From: Spirochaetia bacterium
GTDB taxonomy: Bacteria; Spirochaetota; Spirochaetia; SPDA01; CAZSGZ01
Direction: 5' to 3'
Assembly: GCA_046542935.1 (NCBI GenBank)
Contig: JBKHAJ010000002.1
Coordinates: forward strand, 1 to 40,366
Length of the DNA: 40,366 bases
A model generated the notes under the pieces. It ran no database searches, was not told the origin of the DNA, and saw only the letters and a program-made list of their open reading frames with translations. The translations under genes were made by a program, and so were the position numbers. Within the stretch, counting starts at the first letter, position 1. Each line of letters starts with the position of its first letter. This document shows positions 1 to 8,018 of the stretch, piece by piece.

Positions 1-532
1 ACCGCACGGGATCGCCTTGCGTACCGTGGATCTGTATTCCCTTGAGTTTGCCGTCAACGTAACGGCGGTCGCCGTCCAGGGGCCAAAATCCCTCAGGGTC
101 GTCCATCTGTGGAGGCAGTAATTCAGCCGGTGTATCCTCCGGCCCTTCGATAACCTCGTCCGAATCTTCCGGTATCATCAAAAGGTCCCCCGCTTTGAGA
201 ATGTACCCGTCTCCGAGGCCGTTATGACGTTTAAGCTCCTCTATCGTCAACCCGTTCCGCCGGGCGATTCCGTAGAGGGTGTCCCCCTTGAGGACCTTAT
301 AGGCGGACCCACGGCCGGGGATAGTTAAGCGCATTCCCACCGGAAGATCGGTAGGATCATTGATATTATTCGTCCGCACTATCTCATCGACGCTTACATC
401 GTACTGACGAGCTACCGAGTAGAGGGTCTCATTCTTCTTGAGCACATGCACTCCCGCGGCCTCACCGCTCAAAGGGACAAGAGGCAGGACACACAGAAGC
501 GGTATCAGATAGAGGCGGCGTAATCGTTTCAT
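1..532 (-). CDS. LysM-domain / M23-family peptidoglycan peptidase, N-terminal part (gene runs off the left edge)
   Basis: Absent from the ORF track because it has no stop in the window. My translation from ATG 532..530 reads MKRLRRLYLIPLLCVLPLVPLSGEAAGVHVLKKNETLYSVARQYDVSVDEIVRTNNINDPTDLPVGMRLTIPG..YKVLKGDTLYGIARRNGLTIEELKRHNGL..GDLLMIP...GIQIHGTQGDPVR. That gives a signal peptide, two LysM repeats, and the start of an M23-like G-I-x-I..G-x-P-V block. Confidence 0.75.
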   Translation of the reverse strand, partial: MKRLRRLYLIPLLCVLPLVPLSGEAAGVHVLKKNETLYSVARQYDVSVDEIVRTNNINDPTDLPVGMRLTIPGRGSAYKVLKGDTLYGIARRNGLTIEELKRHNGLGDGYILKAGDLLMIPEDSDEVIEGPEDTPAELLPPQMDDPEGFWPLDGDRRYVDGKLKGIQIHGTQGDPVR

Positions 533-601
533 AACTCTTCTTTTATGGTCGGAAAGAAGGGGCGAAAACTAAAACCACGCACCCTCTTTTGCTTTTTTTC
601 C

Positions 602-732
602 ACCTGGTGTAGAGTCATCCAATCGGTCCTCATCGAGGAAGCCGATTCGGCCCTGTACCGGTCACAATCGTTAAGCGGAAAACGGGAAGACTCAGGCTCA
701 GCCGGTTCTTACCAGGTTCCGCCCCACCAGGT
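602..732 (+). promoter_or_regulatory. Structured leader-like element upstream of cbiA; possible degenerate cobalamin riboswitch
   Basis: An 8-bp closing helix, ACCTGGTG (602-609) with CACCAGGT (725-732), encloses about 115 nt. Internal hairpins are CCTC-atc-GAGG and GCCG-att-CGGC. GAGGAAGCC, AACGGGAAGAC and AGCCGG..ACCAGG strings loosely resemble the GGGAA and B12-box regions of cobalamin riboswitches. The match to consensus is poor and no expression platform is visible. Confidence 0.3.
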
Positions 733-768
733 CCGACAAAAATGCCCCTAAAAAATGTAAAAAAGAGG

Positions 769-797
769 TTAATCTAGAAATGTGATTCTGATACAGT
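769..797 (+). promoter_or_regulatory. Candidate promoter for cbiA (TTAATC-17-TACAGT with TGn extended -10)
   Basis: TTAATC (769-774), 17-nt spacer ending in TGa, TACAGT (792-797). The ATG at 805 lies 7 nt after the -10 and has no Shine-Dalgarno in between. Confidence 0.3.
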
Positions 798-804
798 ACC
801 CTAC

Positions 805-2202
805 ATGAATTACCCGCGATTAATCGTAGGGGCTACTCATTCGGGGACCGGGAAAACCACCCTCACCATGGCTCTGATACTCGCAGTGAGAAGGAGGGGA
901 CTCACCGTCCAGTCCTACAAGGTCGGCCCCGACTATATAGATCCCGGTTTCCATACCCTCGCGGCGGAAAGTCCCTGCAGGAATCTGGACACCCGGATGC
1001 TCGGACCCGACGCCGTACTGGAGCTCTTTCAAAGGAGCGCGGAGAAGGCGGATATCGCCCTTATCGAAGGGGTGATGGGCCTCTACGACGGAGCGGGGGC
1101 CCTGGATGAACGGGGCAGCACGGCTCACCTCGCCAAGACCCTCCAATCCCCGGTTCTACTCTGTATCGACGCCTCGGCCATGGCCCGCAGCGCCGCCGCG
1201 GTAGCCCTGGGATTCACCCGCTTCGATCCGGCCACACCCGTAGGAGGATTCCTCTTCAATAACGTGGGGAGCAGGCGCCACTACGAGACCGTCAAAGCCG
1301 CCGTCGAGGACGCCACGGGGATTCCGGTCTACGGGTACGTACGACGGACCCCCGAGGTGCTGCTTCCGGAACGGCATCTCGGTCTCGTCCCCGCGTGGGA
1401 GAACGGAAGCCTGCCCCAATCGATCATAGATCTGTCGGAGGCGGTCGAGGAAACCGTCGAGGTCGATTCCCTGATCGAAACCGCGAGGGCGGCCCCTCCT
1501 CTGCCCAAACCCGGCCGTTCAATCCTGCCTCCCCGCTCGAGACGTCCATCGAAACCGGTCCGGGTCGCCGTCGCTTATGACTCGGCCTTTCATTTCTACT
1601 ACCGGGACAACCTGGACATCCTCGAGATGCTCGGAGTCGAACTCGTCAATTTCAGTCCCCTCTCCGACGACCGGCTTCCCGACTACATTGCGGGAGTATA
1701 TCTCGGGGGCGGCTATCCCGAGCTCTATGCCGAGGTCCTCGAGGCCAACTCGGGCATGCGCGCTGCCCTTCGGAAGGCGTGCGTAGAGGGACTCCCCGTC
1801 TACGCCGAGTGCGGAGGACTCATGTACCTTATGGACGGGCTTATTACCTTCGAGGGAAAACGCTACGAAATGGCGGGGGTCTTTCCGGGTACCGTGAAGA
1901 TGGAAAAAAAGCTCCATAGCCTCGGTTATTATTCAGCTACCGCGGTCAAGGATTCCGTAGCGGCGGAAAAAGGGTGGAAGATTCCCGGACATGTTTTTCA
2001 CTGGTCTTCTCTGATCGATATCGATCCGGAAACCGAGTATGCCTTCCGCTTGAATGCTCCGGGAAAAGAGGCCGTCTTCGACGGCTTTGTCCGGGCGAAC
2101 ACCCTGGCGAGTTACTTCCACATCCACTTCGCGAGCGACGTGCGCTGGGCCTCCCGGTTCGTTGACATGTGCAGATCCGGAAGAGGTAAACCGAGTCGCT
2201 AG
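805..2202 (+). CDS. cbiA: Cobyrinate a,c-diamide synthase
   Basis: 465-aa ORF. It has an N-terminal P-loop (GATHSGTGKTT), a GPDYIDP motif and a C-terminal glutamine-amidotransferase-like half (YAECGGLMYL), as in CbiA/CobB. Confidence 0.9.
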   Translation: MNYPRLIVGATHSGTGKTTLTMALILAVRRRGLTVQSYKVGPDYIDPGFHTLAAESPCRNLDTRMLGPDAVLELFQRSAEKADIALIEGVMGLYDGAGALDERGSTAHLAKTLQSPVLLCIDASAMARSAAAVALGFTRFDPATPVGGFLFNNVGSRRHYETVKAAVEDATGIPVYGYVRRTPEVLLPERHLGLVPAWENGSLPQSIIDLSEAVEETVEVDSLIETARAAPPLPKPGRSILPPRSRRPSKPVRVAVAYDSAFHFYYRDNLDILEMLGVELVNFSPLSDDRLPDYIAGVYLGGGYPELYAEVLEANSGMRAALRKACVEGLPVYAECGGLMYLMDGLITFEGKRYEMAGVFPGTVKMEKKLHSLGYYSATAVKDSVAAEKGWKIPGHVFHWSSLIDIDPETEYAFRLNAPGKEAVFDGFVRANTLASYFHIHFASDVRWASRFVDMCRSGRGKPSR

Positions 2203-2204
2203 CG

Positions 2205-2227
2205 CGGGGCACGACGATTCCGCCCCG
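2205..2227. terminator. Weak hairpin between convergent cbiA and surE
   Basis: CGGGGC (2205-2210) pairs with GCCCCG (2222-2227) across an 11-nt loop, lying between the two stop codons. The plus-side tail is only TTATT. Confidence 0.3.
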
Positions 2228-3001
2228 TTATTCGAAGAACTTCCCCGTCTCCCGGGCGGTAAGATCGAGGGTCAGAGGCGTTACCGAAACCTTACGTTCC
2301 CGGGTAAGGACGTATGCATCGGTCCCATCCTCGAAGGGGCCGCTCCCCGCGACGATCCGACCCTGGGAAATCGGTGAACCATCGTGGCCGTCGGCGAGGA
2401 GGGTTTGGAAGTACGGCTTCGGAGAAAGCCGGGTTACAACCCACTCGGTATCCCGGTCCGCCGTTTCCGGCACATCGATCTTGAGGAGATCGAATCCCTC
2501 GAAACCGCCCTTCCCCCGAAAGCGCTCGATAAAAGAGGAAAGGAAGTACCCGGCACAGGAGAAATCTAAGCTTCCGTAGGTGAGGTGATTATCTATGGGT
2601 GTCTGCAGGGAAATTGCGATCGCGGGGACTCCTAAAACCGCGGCTTCCACCGCCGCACCGACGGTCCCGGAGACTGTTATATCGTAGCCGATATTCTCTC
2701 CGTAGTTAATGCCCGACACGACAAGGTCGAACCGCTTCCCCCTAAGGATAGTATTGAAGGCATGTTTGACCACCAGGGCGGGGGTACAGTCCATGTGCCG
2801 CGCCGTGAAGCGCCGCTCGCCTATCTTGAGCTCGGCGGTCTGAAATTTCTGGTTCCGGTCTCCCAAGAGGCTTCTTCCGCTTCCGGTCTTCTGACTGGAA
2901 GGAGCGACGATGGTCACCTCGGCAAGCTCGGCCGCCGCTTCCGCCGCCGCGGCCAAACCGGGAGAAAAGACTCCGTCGTCGTTGGTTATGAGGATGTTCA
3001 T
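2228..3001 (-). CDS. surE: 5'/3'-nucleotidase SurE
   Basis: The track ORF is 2228..3106, but its first 35 codons overlap fba. The SurE signature N-terminus MNILITNDDGVFSPG starts at ATG 3001, 7 nt after the fba stop. Confidence 0.9.
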   Translation of the reverse strand: MNILITNDDGVFSPGLAAAAEAAAELAEVTIVAPSSQKTGSGRSLLGDRNQKFQTAELKIGERRFTARHMDCTPALVVKHAFNTILRGKRFDLVVSGINYGENIGYDITVSGTVGAAVEAAVLGVPAIAISLQTPIDNHLTYGSLDFSCAGYFLSSFIERFRGKGGFEGFDLLKIDVPETADRDTEWVVTRLSPKPYFQTLLADGHDGSPISQGRIVAGSGPFEDGTDAYVLTRERKVSVTPLTLDLTARETGKFFE

Positions 3002-3008
3002 GTTTCCC

Positions 3009-4016
3009 TCAGTATACTGAATTTCCCGCCGATCCGAGAAGAGCACAGGTTTCACGAACGATATCTTTAATACTTTCCCTTCCCCGGGAGAGCCAGGTTT
3101 CCGCAAAGTACGCGAGCTTTATCCCCATGTCTCCGTCTAAACGGAGGATTTTGTCGTAATTCTTGAACATGTAATCCGCCACGCCCCGGGTAAAGGCATA
3201 CTGGCCGTCGGTATCGAAGTTCATCTTGACCACTCCGTAGCCGATGCTTCTCATGATATCTTCTTTCCTCGATCCGGACCCACCGTGAAAGACCAGCTTG
3301 AGCTCGTCCGGTTCCGGGACCGCCGCCTGACACCTTCCCAGTACTTCCGGTTCGAGCACCACCTCTCCGGGCTTGTAGACTCCATGAACGTTTCCGAAGG
3401 AGGGGGCCACCAGCAAACCTTTCCCGGTTCCCAAGCGGCCGGCAACGGCAAGAAAATCGTCGGGAGAGGTATATACCCGGGCCTGCTCACCCCCGGCCGA
3501 ATTACCGGTACCGCTTTCCGCTCCGACGATTCCGATCTCGATCTCCAACCAGAGATCATTCTTGCGGCAGAGCTCTAAATATTTTGACGAGATATCCAGA
3601 TTCACGCTCAAAGGGAGTGAGCTCCCGTCTAACATATGGCTCGTAAAGAGATTGGGCATCCCCCGCGACCGTCTGTCGGCGGTCACCTCGATGAGGGGTC
3701 CGAGAAAGACCGGAGCAAGATCGGCATCACAGTGATCGGAATGAACCGCGATATAAACGCCGTATTTTTCGGCAAGGCGATGGGCGTGGTCCGCCAAAGT
3801 CACCGCCCCGAGCACCGGATCTCCCGCGGCACCGGAGGCTTCACGAGCCGCGTCGGGATAGATCTGCACGATCCCGTCGCTTTCCGCGGAGGCGAATCCC
3901 TCTATCACCCCGTTCAAGGTGTAAAGATCGTGAACGTTAAAGGCGGGAAAGGCAAAGCCCCTCCTCCTCGCCGTATCGGTCATGTGGGAAAAAGTATCGA
4001 AATCAGCAAACGGCAT
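3009..4016 (-). CDS. fba: Class II fructose-1,6-bisphosphate aldolase
   Basis: 335 aa. The blocks GFAFPAFNV, VHSDHC and FHGGSGS are characteristic of metal-dependent class II FBP aldolases. Confidence 0.9.
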   Translation of the reverse strand: MPFADFDTFSHMTDTARRRGFAFPAFNVHDLYTLNGVIEGFASAESDGIVQIYPDAAREASGAAGDPVLGAVTLADHAHRLAEKYGVYIAVHSDHCDADLAPVFLGPLIEVTADRRSRGMPNLFTSHMLDGSSLPLSVNLDISSKYLELCRKNDLWLEIEIGIVGAESGTGNSAGGEQARVYTSPDDFLAVAGRLGTGKGLLVAPSFGNVHGVYKPGEVVLEPEVLGRCQAAVPEPDELKLVFHGGSGSRKEDIMRSIGYGVVKMNFDTDGQYAFTRGVADYMFKNYDKILRLDGDMGIKLAYFAETWLSRGRESIKDIVRETCALLGSAGNSVY

Positions 4017-4021
4017 GGGAA

Positions 4022-4050
4022 AGAATACCCCAGAGACCGGGATATGACAA
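4022..4050 (-). promoter_or_regulatory. Candidate promoter abutting the fba start (TTGTCA-17-TATTCT)
   Basis: On the minus strand: TTGTCA (4050-4045), 17-nt spacer, TATTCT (4027-4022), then ttccc and ATG (4016). There is no Shine-Dalgarno. Confidence 0.35.
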
Positions 4051-4074
4051 GCGGCACGATTCGCCTAGATACGC

Positions 4075-4662
4075 CTACTTTTGGCCGTTCAAGAGCCGGG
4101 CTATCTGGGCGGCGAAGTCTTCTTCCCTCTTCTCCAATCGCTCGACCCGTTTTTTCTCGACGGCGATAAGCTTGTGCACCTCGAAACTCCGGGGCATGAG
4201 GAATATCTTACGCGCCTGCGTGCCCCCCACATCACTGTTCACCACGGGGATCCGTTCTTTCTCCAGGAAACGCAAAGCGAATTCGATGTTCTTCTGAGGG
4301 ACCGTGGAGCCCTTGGAATTCGACGAGATGAGCATGTTCGCCCCCCCGAAAACCTTGGCCTCGAGCTCCTTTCGGCCCGCCCCCTTCTTGAGCATCTCGT
4401 TGATGAGAAGTTCCATGGCGTGAATACCGAAGCGCCCCTTTGTGACGAGGAATTGAGGCGAATCCACGTCAACATGGTATCCCACGTCGGACAGGAGAAA
4501 GTGGTTCATACCACCGACTCGGCTTACAGGGTCGTGGAGGACCACCGAAACGCAGGAGCCTAGGATTGTTCCGATTACAATATCTTCACCGGAAGCTAAA
4601 AACTCTCCGGGATTTATAATCCACATCTCCTTATGGAATCTGTGGGAGAAGTGATGAGTCAC
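4075..4662 (-). CDS. cheD: Chemoreceptor glutamine deamidase CheD
   Basis: 195 aa with the CheD block GTILGSCVSVVLHD..GGMNHFLL. GTG start with GAGGA about 7 nt upstream. Confidence 0.85.
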   Translation of the reverse strand: MTHHFSHRFHKEMWIINPGEFLASGEDIVIGTILGSCVSVVLHDPVSRVGGMNHFLLSDVGYHVDVDSPQFLVTKGRFGIHAMELLINEMLKKGAGRKELEAKVFGGANMLISSNSKGSTVPQKNIEFALRFLEKERIPVVNSDVGGTQARKIFLMPRSFEVHKLIAVEKKRVERLEKREEDFAAQIARLLNGQK

Positions 4663-4721
4663 TCTTTTTCCTCGGTTTTGAATTTTTTACAGAAGCTAAG
4701 CAATCAGGTAAAGGCATCGGA

Positions 4722-4750
4722 ATAGTACCTCGACACCCCCTCCGGGTCAA
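4722..4750 (-). promoter_or_regulatory. Candidate promoter for cheD (TTGACC-17-TACTAT)
   Basis: On the minus strand: TTGACC (4750-4745), 17-nt spacer, TACTAT (4727-4722), about 60 nt upstream of the cheD start. Confidence 0.35.
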
Positions 4751-4768
4751 GCGGTCCGACTAAGGTCC

Positions 4769-5419
4769 CTATATGAGGTGGCGCATCCTGAGTTTTTTCG
4801 TTTCCAGATAAGCTCGATTGTGCTCATTGGAATCTATGACCACGGGATACCGGCCGCTTATAACAATTCCCGCTTCGGTCAGCTTTTCGATCTTGTCGGG
4901 GTTATTGGTCAGGAGGATTATGGATTCCATCCCGAGATAGCGTATAATCGCCGCGGCGAAATTGTACTGTCTCGCCTCCGCGGGAAATCCTAAGAGCTCA
5001 TTGGCTTCCACGGTGTCGAATCCGCTGTCCTGGAGGGAATAAGCCTTGAGCTTGTTGGAAAGCCCTATTCCCCTGCCCTCTTGACGCATGTAAAGAACGG
5101 CACCGCACTTCTGTTCGGAGACGTACCGGATGGAAGCCTCGAGCTGCTCCCGGCAATCGCATCGGAGAGAACCGAAGACGTCTCCGGTGTGACATTCCGA
5201 ATGTACCCGAACGGGGCAATCCCGGGCCCCTCGTACATTTCCCTTGACGAGGACGGTATTCACCTCCGGGGATGATCCGTCTTCGAAACCGTAGAGATCG
5301 AAAATTCCGTATTTTGTCGGAAATTTGACTTTGGCCACCGATTTGATCCGGTAAGTGCTCTTTCCCTCATATTTTTCACAGACATCGTTCCCTTGAAAAC
5401 CCAGGGCTTCATCTTTCAT
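4769..5419 (-). CDS. ribA: GTP cyclohydrolase II (monofunctional)
   Basis: 216 aa with the GCH II blocks VRVHSECHTGDVFGSLRCDCREQLE and LYMRQEGRGIGLSNKLKAY. There is no fused DHBP-synthase domain. It carries about 22 extra N-terminal residues relative to E. coli RibA as I remember it. Confidence 0.9.
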   Translation of the reverse strand: MKDEALGFQGNDVCEKYEGKSTYRIKSVAKVKFPTKYGIFDLYGFEDGSSPEVNTVLVKGNVRGARDCPVRVHSECHTGDVFGSLRCDCREQLEASIRYVSEQKCGAVLYMRQEGRGIGLSNKLKAYSLQDSGFDTVEANELLGFPAEARQYNFAAAIIRYLGMESIILLTNNPDKIEKLTEAGIVISGRYPVVIDSNEHNRAYLETKKLRMRHLI

Positions 5420-5512
5420 ATAAAAAAGCTAATACACGGATATCAAAAAGTCAATTTTTCTTGCATCGATCACTTCCTTGCCGCAATTCCCCGTTATATA
5501 TACTTTGAATAC

Positions 5513-6385
5513 ATGGATGCATCGATCAAGAAGGACCCTGTGGGGCGGTATTACGACAAGAATACCTCCCGATTTCTCACTCTCGGCCACGGGAGCTCCG
5601 CGAAGGCGATTCATCGGGCAGTATGGGCTCCAGGCGTTGCCGACCGGGAAGAGGCCATCCACTACATCCATACGATCATCTCGAAGTACCTAGAAAACTC
5701 ACACGCTCAACGGGTCCTCGATATCGGATGCGGGGTGGGAGGAACCATTCTCTACCTCGCGAAACTTCACTCCGCCTCCTTCCTAGGGATTACCTTGAGC
5801 TCGGTGCAGGCGTCCCTCGGAGCTTTCTACATGGAAGCCGGGGGTCTTAACAAGCGATGCTCCGTGGTTCCCGGTGATTTTTGCCGCGCAGATTCCATCG
5901 AGAACATCGGTGGAGACTTCGATCTTGCCTATGCCGTCGAGGCATTCCTCCACATGACGGACCCGGGGTGTTTCTTCCGGAACGTTGTTTTCCTCCTCCG
6001 TCCGGGAGGACTCCTGATTGTCGCGGACGACTTCCTGACTCAGCGCGGAGCAGGCGACGAACCGGCCGGTAAAGACAGGAGTATGATAGAATCGTTCCGC
6101 AGAGGCTGGCACGCCCGGTCACTTGTTTCAGCGGAAACTTTCCTCATCGAGGCAAAAAAATTCGGTTTCACCGCATTGGAGAACGACGATTTTACCCCGT
6201 ACCTTGAGCTCGACCGTCCCCGGGACCTGCTGCTGAGGCCCCTAGCCGCACTCATGAGAATGCTCCCCCACTCATCCCCTATGCTGAGCAATATCGTGGG
6301 CGGCGACGCCCTTCAGTACTGTCTCAAGAACGGATTGGTGGAACACCGTTTTATGGTACTTCGGAAGGTGAGGGGGGAATCCTGA
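5513..6385 (+). CDS. Class I SAM-dependent methyltransferase
   Basis: SAM motif I is VLDIGCGVGGTILYL. The track start 5393 overlaps the ribA start and runs through AT-rich intergenic-looking DNA. The first ATG clear of ribA is 5513. Confidence 0.75.
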   Translation: MDASIKKDPVGRYYDKNTSRFLTLGHGSSAKAIHRAVWAPGVADREEAIHYIHTIISKYLENSHAQRVLDIGCGVGGTILYLAKLHSASFLGITLSSVQASLGAFYMEAGGLNKRCSVVPGDFCRADSIENIGGDFDLAYAVEAFLHMTDPGCFFRNVVFLLRPGGLLIVADDFLTQRGAGDEPAGKDRSMIESFRRGWHARSLVSAETFLIEAKKFGFTALENDDFTPYLELDRPRDLLLRPLAALMRMLPHSSPMLSNIVGGDALQYCLKNGLVEHRFMVLRKVRGES

Positions 6386-8018
6386 CCGGTCTTTCCCTGG
6401 GTGATAGTCCCGGGGCGGTCCCCATCGCGACACTGAGAAAATGTCCGAGGAAACTCTCCAAACCGTAAAAGACTTCACCTTCCAGTGGAATGAAACCGGT
6501 CACGTATCCGAATCGGGAAAAGGGCTTAAGATAATCCCTGTTTCGTGAGATGATGTGCAGGGGTACTCCGAAACCGGCATCCTCCTCACTGAGGGGAAAC
6601 TTCGGCTGATGGTCTCCCACCAGAATAACGAGATCGTCTCCGGTGATATAGTTGGCCAGATAATCGGTAATCACATCGAGAACGTAGCGTATCGAATGTG
6701 TATAGCCCTCGAAGAGCTCACTTCCCATCGCCCAGGAATTGTCGTAAAAGGTATTCCTGCTCCTGTCGTAATAGATGCTGCCGTCGTCTATCCTGCTCCA
6801 ATCCTCGATGACCGGGGGAATGTAATTCCAGGGTACATGGCTCGAAACGAGCATGAACTCGATAAACAGGGGGCTTTCCAACTCGGGCAGAACGTTTTTC
6901 CGGATGTGGTTTATCTGAAATTGGTCCGGCATGTCCCCGAAGACAAAGTAGGGTCCCTGATAACCGAAATCGTCGGATAAGACGAATCGGGAAAAGGAGT
7001 AGAACCTCTTTTGGTCATCGGGAATCGCCTTCGTCGCGGGGGACGAAAAAACGGTGGTGTATCCTTTCTCCCCTAATATATGAGTGAGATTCCGTGTCCC
7101 CTCTTCCAAAACTGTATTGAACTTGGCTTGGGTATCGATCTTGATACCGGTAATGAGGGAAGAGTCCGCGAGCCACGAGGTCCCCCCGAAGGTCGTAGAC
7201 TCGTACACGGTTGTATAAACCGCGAAACCCGCATCGGAGAGTTTTTCGTTGATGTCCCGGTAGAATTCGGCAAGTCTCTTATAATGAGCGGGATTGGTGA
7301 ATACGGTATGGCCGTACGACTCGATGACGAAGAGGTAGATATCCGCATCCTCGATTCCCGGGAAGGCGTAAGCCGGGTCCGGGTCCGGGTCCGCAACCGC
7401 TTCGAAATCCTCCGCCGGCACCGTTTGGGTAAAATCGGCGGGGCCCTCTAAGAGCTTTCGAAAGAGGACCCCGGTGAGGACCGGTGAAGGGGAAAAAAGT
7501 ATCGCCGTGACAATGCCCAGGGGTAGCAGAAGGCCCGCCGCGGGGCTTACTAAGCGGACGAATAATCTCCGCAGGAGCGAAAACAAAAGAAAGAACCCCC
7601 CGCCCAAGAGCCCCGCCGCAGATACCGACGCGGCGGTAATAAAAAGGGGTCTCTTTATAAGATCGGAACGGAATACCATCGCGAAGAACTCCGGAACCAG
7701 TCCCAAATGGGTAAAGGGGTCGAAGTCCCTCCGGTAGACATACCGGAAGAAGGTCTGCCCGATATTGAATAAAAAGATGACAAGAAAGAGGCTTGAAAGC
7801 ATGATAATGAGAAGCCTGTATCCGGCGGGAGAACGCATCCGGGAGATCCCGAAGACCAGTAACACTACCGCCACAGACTCGGGAACAGGAACAAGAATAA
7901 GCCCCCACCGATGACCGGGAAGCCACGAATAACTCCCTAATAGAAGGTTAAATAGGACCGACGCGCCGTAGAGGCATCCCAGGAGGACCGCGAAACGCCT
8001 GAAATCGGAAGGCTTCAT
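6351..8018 (-). CDS. Polytopic membrane protein with LtaS/EptA/sulfatase-like (alkaline phosphatase superfamily) domain
   Basis: The N-terminal roughly 230 aa are very hydrophobic, with several likely TM helices. The C-terminal domain has FVIESYGH, GGTSWLADSS and VGDHQP blocks reminiscent of the sulfatase/phospho-transferase fold. ATG 8018 shares one nt with the upstream stop (TGATG). The longer track ORF (to 8123) overlaps the previous gene. Confidence 0.65.
   Translation of the reverse strand: MKPSDFRRFAVLLGCLYGASVLFNLLLGSYSWLPGHRWGLILVPVPESVAVVLLVFGISRMRSPAGYRLLIIMLSSLFLVIFLFNIGQTFFRYVYRRDFDPFTHLGLVPEFFAMVFRSDLIKRPLFITAASVSAAGLLGGGFFLLFSLLRRLFVRLVSPAAGLLLPLGIVTAILFSPSPVLTGVLFRKLLEGPADFTQTVPAEDFEAVADPDPDPAYAFPGIEDADIYLFVIESYGHTVFTNPAHYKRLAEFYRDINEKLSDAGFAVYTTVYESTTFGGTSWLADSSLITGIKIDTQAKFNTVLEEGTRNLTHILGEKGYTTVFSSPATKAIPDDQKRFYSFSRFVLSDDFGYQGPYFVFGDMPDQFQINHIRKNVLPELESPLFIEFMLVSSHVPWNYIPPVIEDWSRIDDGSIYYDRSRNTFYDNSWAMGSELFEGYTHSIRYVLDVITDYLANYITGDDLVILVGDHQPKFPLSEEDAGFGVPLHIISRNRDYLKPFSRFGYVTGFIPLEGEVFYGLESFLGHFLSVAMGTAPGLSPRERPVRIPPSPSEVP

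Noticed and set aside
545-751. A 68-aa plus-strand ORF in the cbiA upstream region.
   Set aside because: It has no SD and an odd composition, and it overlaps the hairpin/T-run and the candidate structured RNA. The region behaves as non-coding.
7375-7392. Short tandem hexamers: (GGGTCC)x3 encoding DPDPDP in the LtaS-like gene, and (CGAGCT)x3 at 13249-13266 encoding ELELEL in the kinase.
   Set aside because: There are only three units, they are in frame, and they lie in linker or coiled-coil-like segments. That is too short to argue for phase variation and is most likely incidental.
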